In this document: one piece after another, positions 61,136-64,000 of the stretch | Layout: each line of letters begins with the position of its first letter | How positions within the stretch are numbered: the stretch's first letter is position 1 | Assembly: GCA_964016885.1 (NCBI GenBank) | Contig: OZ024742.1 | Coordinates: 250,542,001-250,606,000, forward strand | DNA length: 64,000 bases | From: Eledone cirrhosa | Lineage: Eukaryota | Direction of reading: 5' to 3' | Position numbers and translations under genes: made by a program | Notes under the pieces: generated by a model | The model's input: the letters and a program-made list of their open reading frames with translations, nothing else | What the model was told of the DNA's origin: nothing | The model's database searches: none

Positions 61136-61932
61136 AGCTGCTCTGTGTGTGAATGTGTGTGTGTGTGTATGTCTGCGTGTGTGTGTTTGTATATGTGTAT
61201 ATGTGTGCGTATGTGGGTGCACGTGAGTGCATGCGTATGTGTGTGTATGTATGCATGTCTGTGTGCGTGCGTGTGTATGTGTGTAGAAATCATATACAAT
61301 ATATTTACAGTCCACAACAGCATCGAGAGTACTCATGAAATTTATTGAAAAAATTTACCACAGCCTCTGATGTTGCATGATACGCCTAAAACTGAAGGGG
61401 AAAAATTAATCAGATTATGAACTTCGGGGTGAGCTCCATCGATTTCCGGGGTGTTTAGGGCCTGGGCAATGATTGGTCAGTGAGTAAAATTCAAAAGTAC
61501 CCTCGATGCTGTTGTGGACTCTTAATAAACCGCGTTTCATCTGTGCAATATAACAAATAACAAACAACAGGTGATTGGGCTGTTTACAGTCAGGGTCATG
61601 CCAATACAATAGTTTTGCATTTTAAGGCTCATCGTCGATCATTAGTTTTATAGGTATATATACAGTTATATATTATACAATTTCAAGTTCTTATCTTTTA
61701 ACAGCTATTACAGCTATATACACATAATTATGTAATGTTATAGTTATATACACAGATACAACTTTATGGGTACATATACTCATGCATTTATGTATAATTA
61801 TATGTAGTTTAAAATCATAATCTTTTTAACAGTTATGTATAGTTTTGCAGATGTATAAGTTATATAACTCAAGAACATATGTACTGCATATAGGTGACAC
61901 ACACATACTCACATACTCATACTCACATACTC

Positions 61933-62062
<130 letters not shown>

Positions 62063-62235
62063 GCACCCATATACAGAGAAGGAGATCTTATCACAGGGAT
62101 GTCTGAATATGAAGGTGAACTGTTGACATAGAAAATTTATGATAAACATATTGAAATGAAAATTTATCAGTTCAGGTTATTAACCTAACCTTTATACAAA
62201 GACACCTTTTTCTACTTTTATTTTATGCACCCGAC

Positions 62236-62442
62236 GGATTGGCAGTATCGGTAGAGCTTCAGACACTATGCTTTTCAGCATAAAGTTATGGCCCTTTACG
62301 ATCTGCATTCAAATCCCGCCGAGGTTAACTTTGTCTTTCATCATTACGGGGTCGATAAATAAAGCACCAGTAATGCACTGGAGTTGATTCAATCGACTTT
62401 CCCCTTCCCTTTAAATTGCTGGCCTCGTGCCTAAAGTAGAAA
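62236..62442 (+). mobile_element. tRNA-derived SINE, near full length
   Basis: A box TGGCAGTATCGG, B-box-like TTCAAATCC, core TTTCATCATTACGGGGTCGATAAA, 3' end GCTGGCCTCGTGCCTAAAGTAGAAA. Confidence 0.88.
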
Positions 62443-62634
62443 TTATTTTATACACCTTTCTGTACATCTATATATATATACACTGGTGTACCTCACACAT
62501 ACCTATACCTTTATACACACCTCTGATATCGCACCTTACGTTCTGTACCGTGCATCTTATTCATCATACATTTCTATATTATATACACCTTATGTCTCAT
62601 TCACCACACGTCTATATTATACATTATGTAGGTG

Positions 62635-62813
62635 GATTGGCAGTATCGGTAGAGGGTCGGACGCCATGATTTGACGCATAGAGTTACGGCCCTTGCCATT
62701 CTGAGTTCAAATCCCGCCGAGGTTAACTTTGCCTTTCATCCTTACAGGGTCGATAAAATAAAGTACCAGTAATACACTGGGTTAATTGCTGGCCTTGTGC
62801 CAAAAGTAGAAAC
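62635..62813 (+). mobile_element. tRNA-derived SINE
   Basis: TGGCAGTATCGG, GAGTTCAAATCC, GCCTTTCATCCTTACAGGGTCGATAAAATAAAGTACCAG. Confidence 0.9.
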
Positions 62814-62869
62814 AATTACGTCTTATACATGTATATGGTGGTAGTGTGGTTGTAGTAATGATGGGGTTG

Positions 62870-63985
62870 TGATGGTAGTGGTAGTAACAGGTTATAGTAG
62901 TGGTGGTTATGCCGGTAGTGCTGCTGCCGATGGTGGTGGCGGTGGTGCCTGTAGTAATGATAGAGATGTGCTGGTGGTGGTGCTGCTGGTGGTGGTGGTG
63001 GAGGTGGCGGCTTCAGTAGTGGTGGTGATGGTGGTGGTGGTGATGAGGACGGGACCTGTGGCGGTGGTGCCTGTAGTAATGATAGAGATGTGCTGGTGGC
63101 GGTGGTGGTGGTGGTGCTGCTGCTGCTGCTGCTGGTAGTGGTGGTGGTGGTGGTGGTGCTGGTGGAGGTGGTGGAGGCGGCGGCTTCAGTGGTGGTGGTG
63201 ATGGTGGTGCTGGTGGAGGTGGTGCTGCTGGTGGAGGTGGTGGAGGCGGCGGCTTCGGTGGTGGTGGTGATGGTGGTGGTGGTGTTGCTGCTGCTGGTGG
63301 TGGTGGTGATATTTGTGGTGGTGGTGGTGTTGCTGCTGCTGGTGGTGGTGGTGATATTTGTGGTGGTGGTGGTGCTGCTGCTGGTGGTGGTGGTGGAGGC
63401 GGTGGGGGTGATAGTGGTGGTGGTGATAAGGACGGTACCTGTGGCCGTGGTGCCTGTAGTAATGATAGAGATGTGCTGGTGGTGGTGGAGGCGGCGGCTT
63501 CGGTGGTGGTGGTGATGGTGGTGGTGGTGGTGGTGGTGCTGCTGCTGCTGCTGGTAGTGGTGGTGGTGATGGTTGTGGTGGAGCCGGCGGCTTCGGCGGT
63601 GGTGGTGATGGTGGTGGTGGTGGTGAGGACGGTACCTGTGGCGGTGGTGCCTGTAGTAATGATAGAGATGTGCTGGTGGTGGTGGTGGTGCTGCTGCTAC
63701 TGCTGCTACTGCTGGTACTGGTAGTGGTGGTGGTGCGGCTCTGCTGCTGCTGCTGCTGCTGGTGGTAGCGGCGGCGTTGATGGTGGTGGTGGTAGTGGTG
63801 GTGAGGATGGTGGTGGTGGTGGTGGTGGTAGTTGTGGTGAGGATGGTGATGGTGGTGGTGGTGGTGGTGGTGAGGATGGTGGTGGTGGTGGTGGTGGTGG
63901 TGGTGGTAGTTGTGGTGAGGATGGTGGTGGTGGTGATGGTGGTGGTGGTGGTGGTGTTCGTGGTGGTGGTGGTGGTGGTAGTGGT
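62870..63985. repeat. (GGT)/(GCT) tract with the recurrent anchor GGTGCCTGTAGTAATGATAGAGATGTGCTGG
   Basis: Anchor at ~62944, 63066, 63449 and 63646. Confidence 0.9.
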
Positions 63986-64000
63986 AAATGAATCTAAATT

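Noticed and set aside
62236-62813. tRNA genes
   Set aside because: A/B boxes are present but there is no cloverleaf, and the shared core and tail identify them as SINEs.

Overview
Eukaryotic, repeat-saturated window with no recognisable host gene. The microsatellite density and SINE types look like an octopus/cephalopod genome (inference, not tested). The centre is a ~34.5 kb minisatellite (20.84-55.35 kb) of GTAGCACTAACAACAGCC(ACA)n with ~5.5 kb higher-order repeats. It produces the giant Thr-, Asn- and Val-rich ORFs, which are most likely compositional artefacts. The flanks hold decayed retroelements: a Penelope-like element with RT and GIY-YIG, two R4/Dong-type fragments, RTE-like fragments, tRNA-derived SINEs and a 670 bp tandem duplication. 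The main unannotated signal is a set of at least six fold-back (inverted-repeat) elements of several different sequence types sitting in (TA)n tracts. Their arms carry type I hammerhead ribozyme motifs (CTGANGA...GAAA...NUH), and two more non-folded hammerheads lie nearby. All folds were done by eye.
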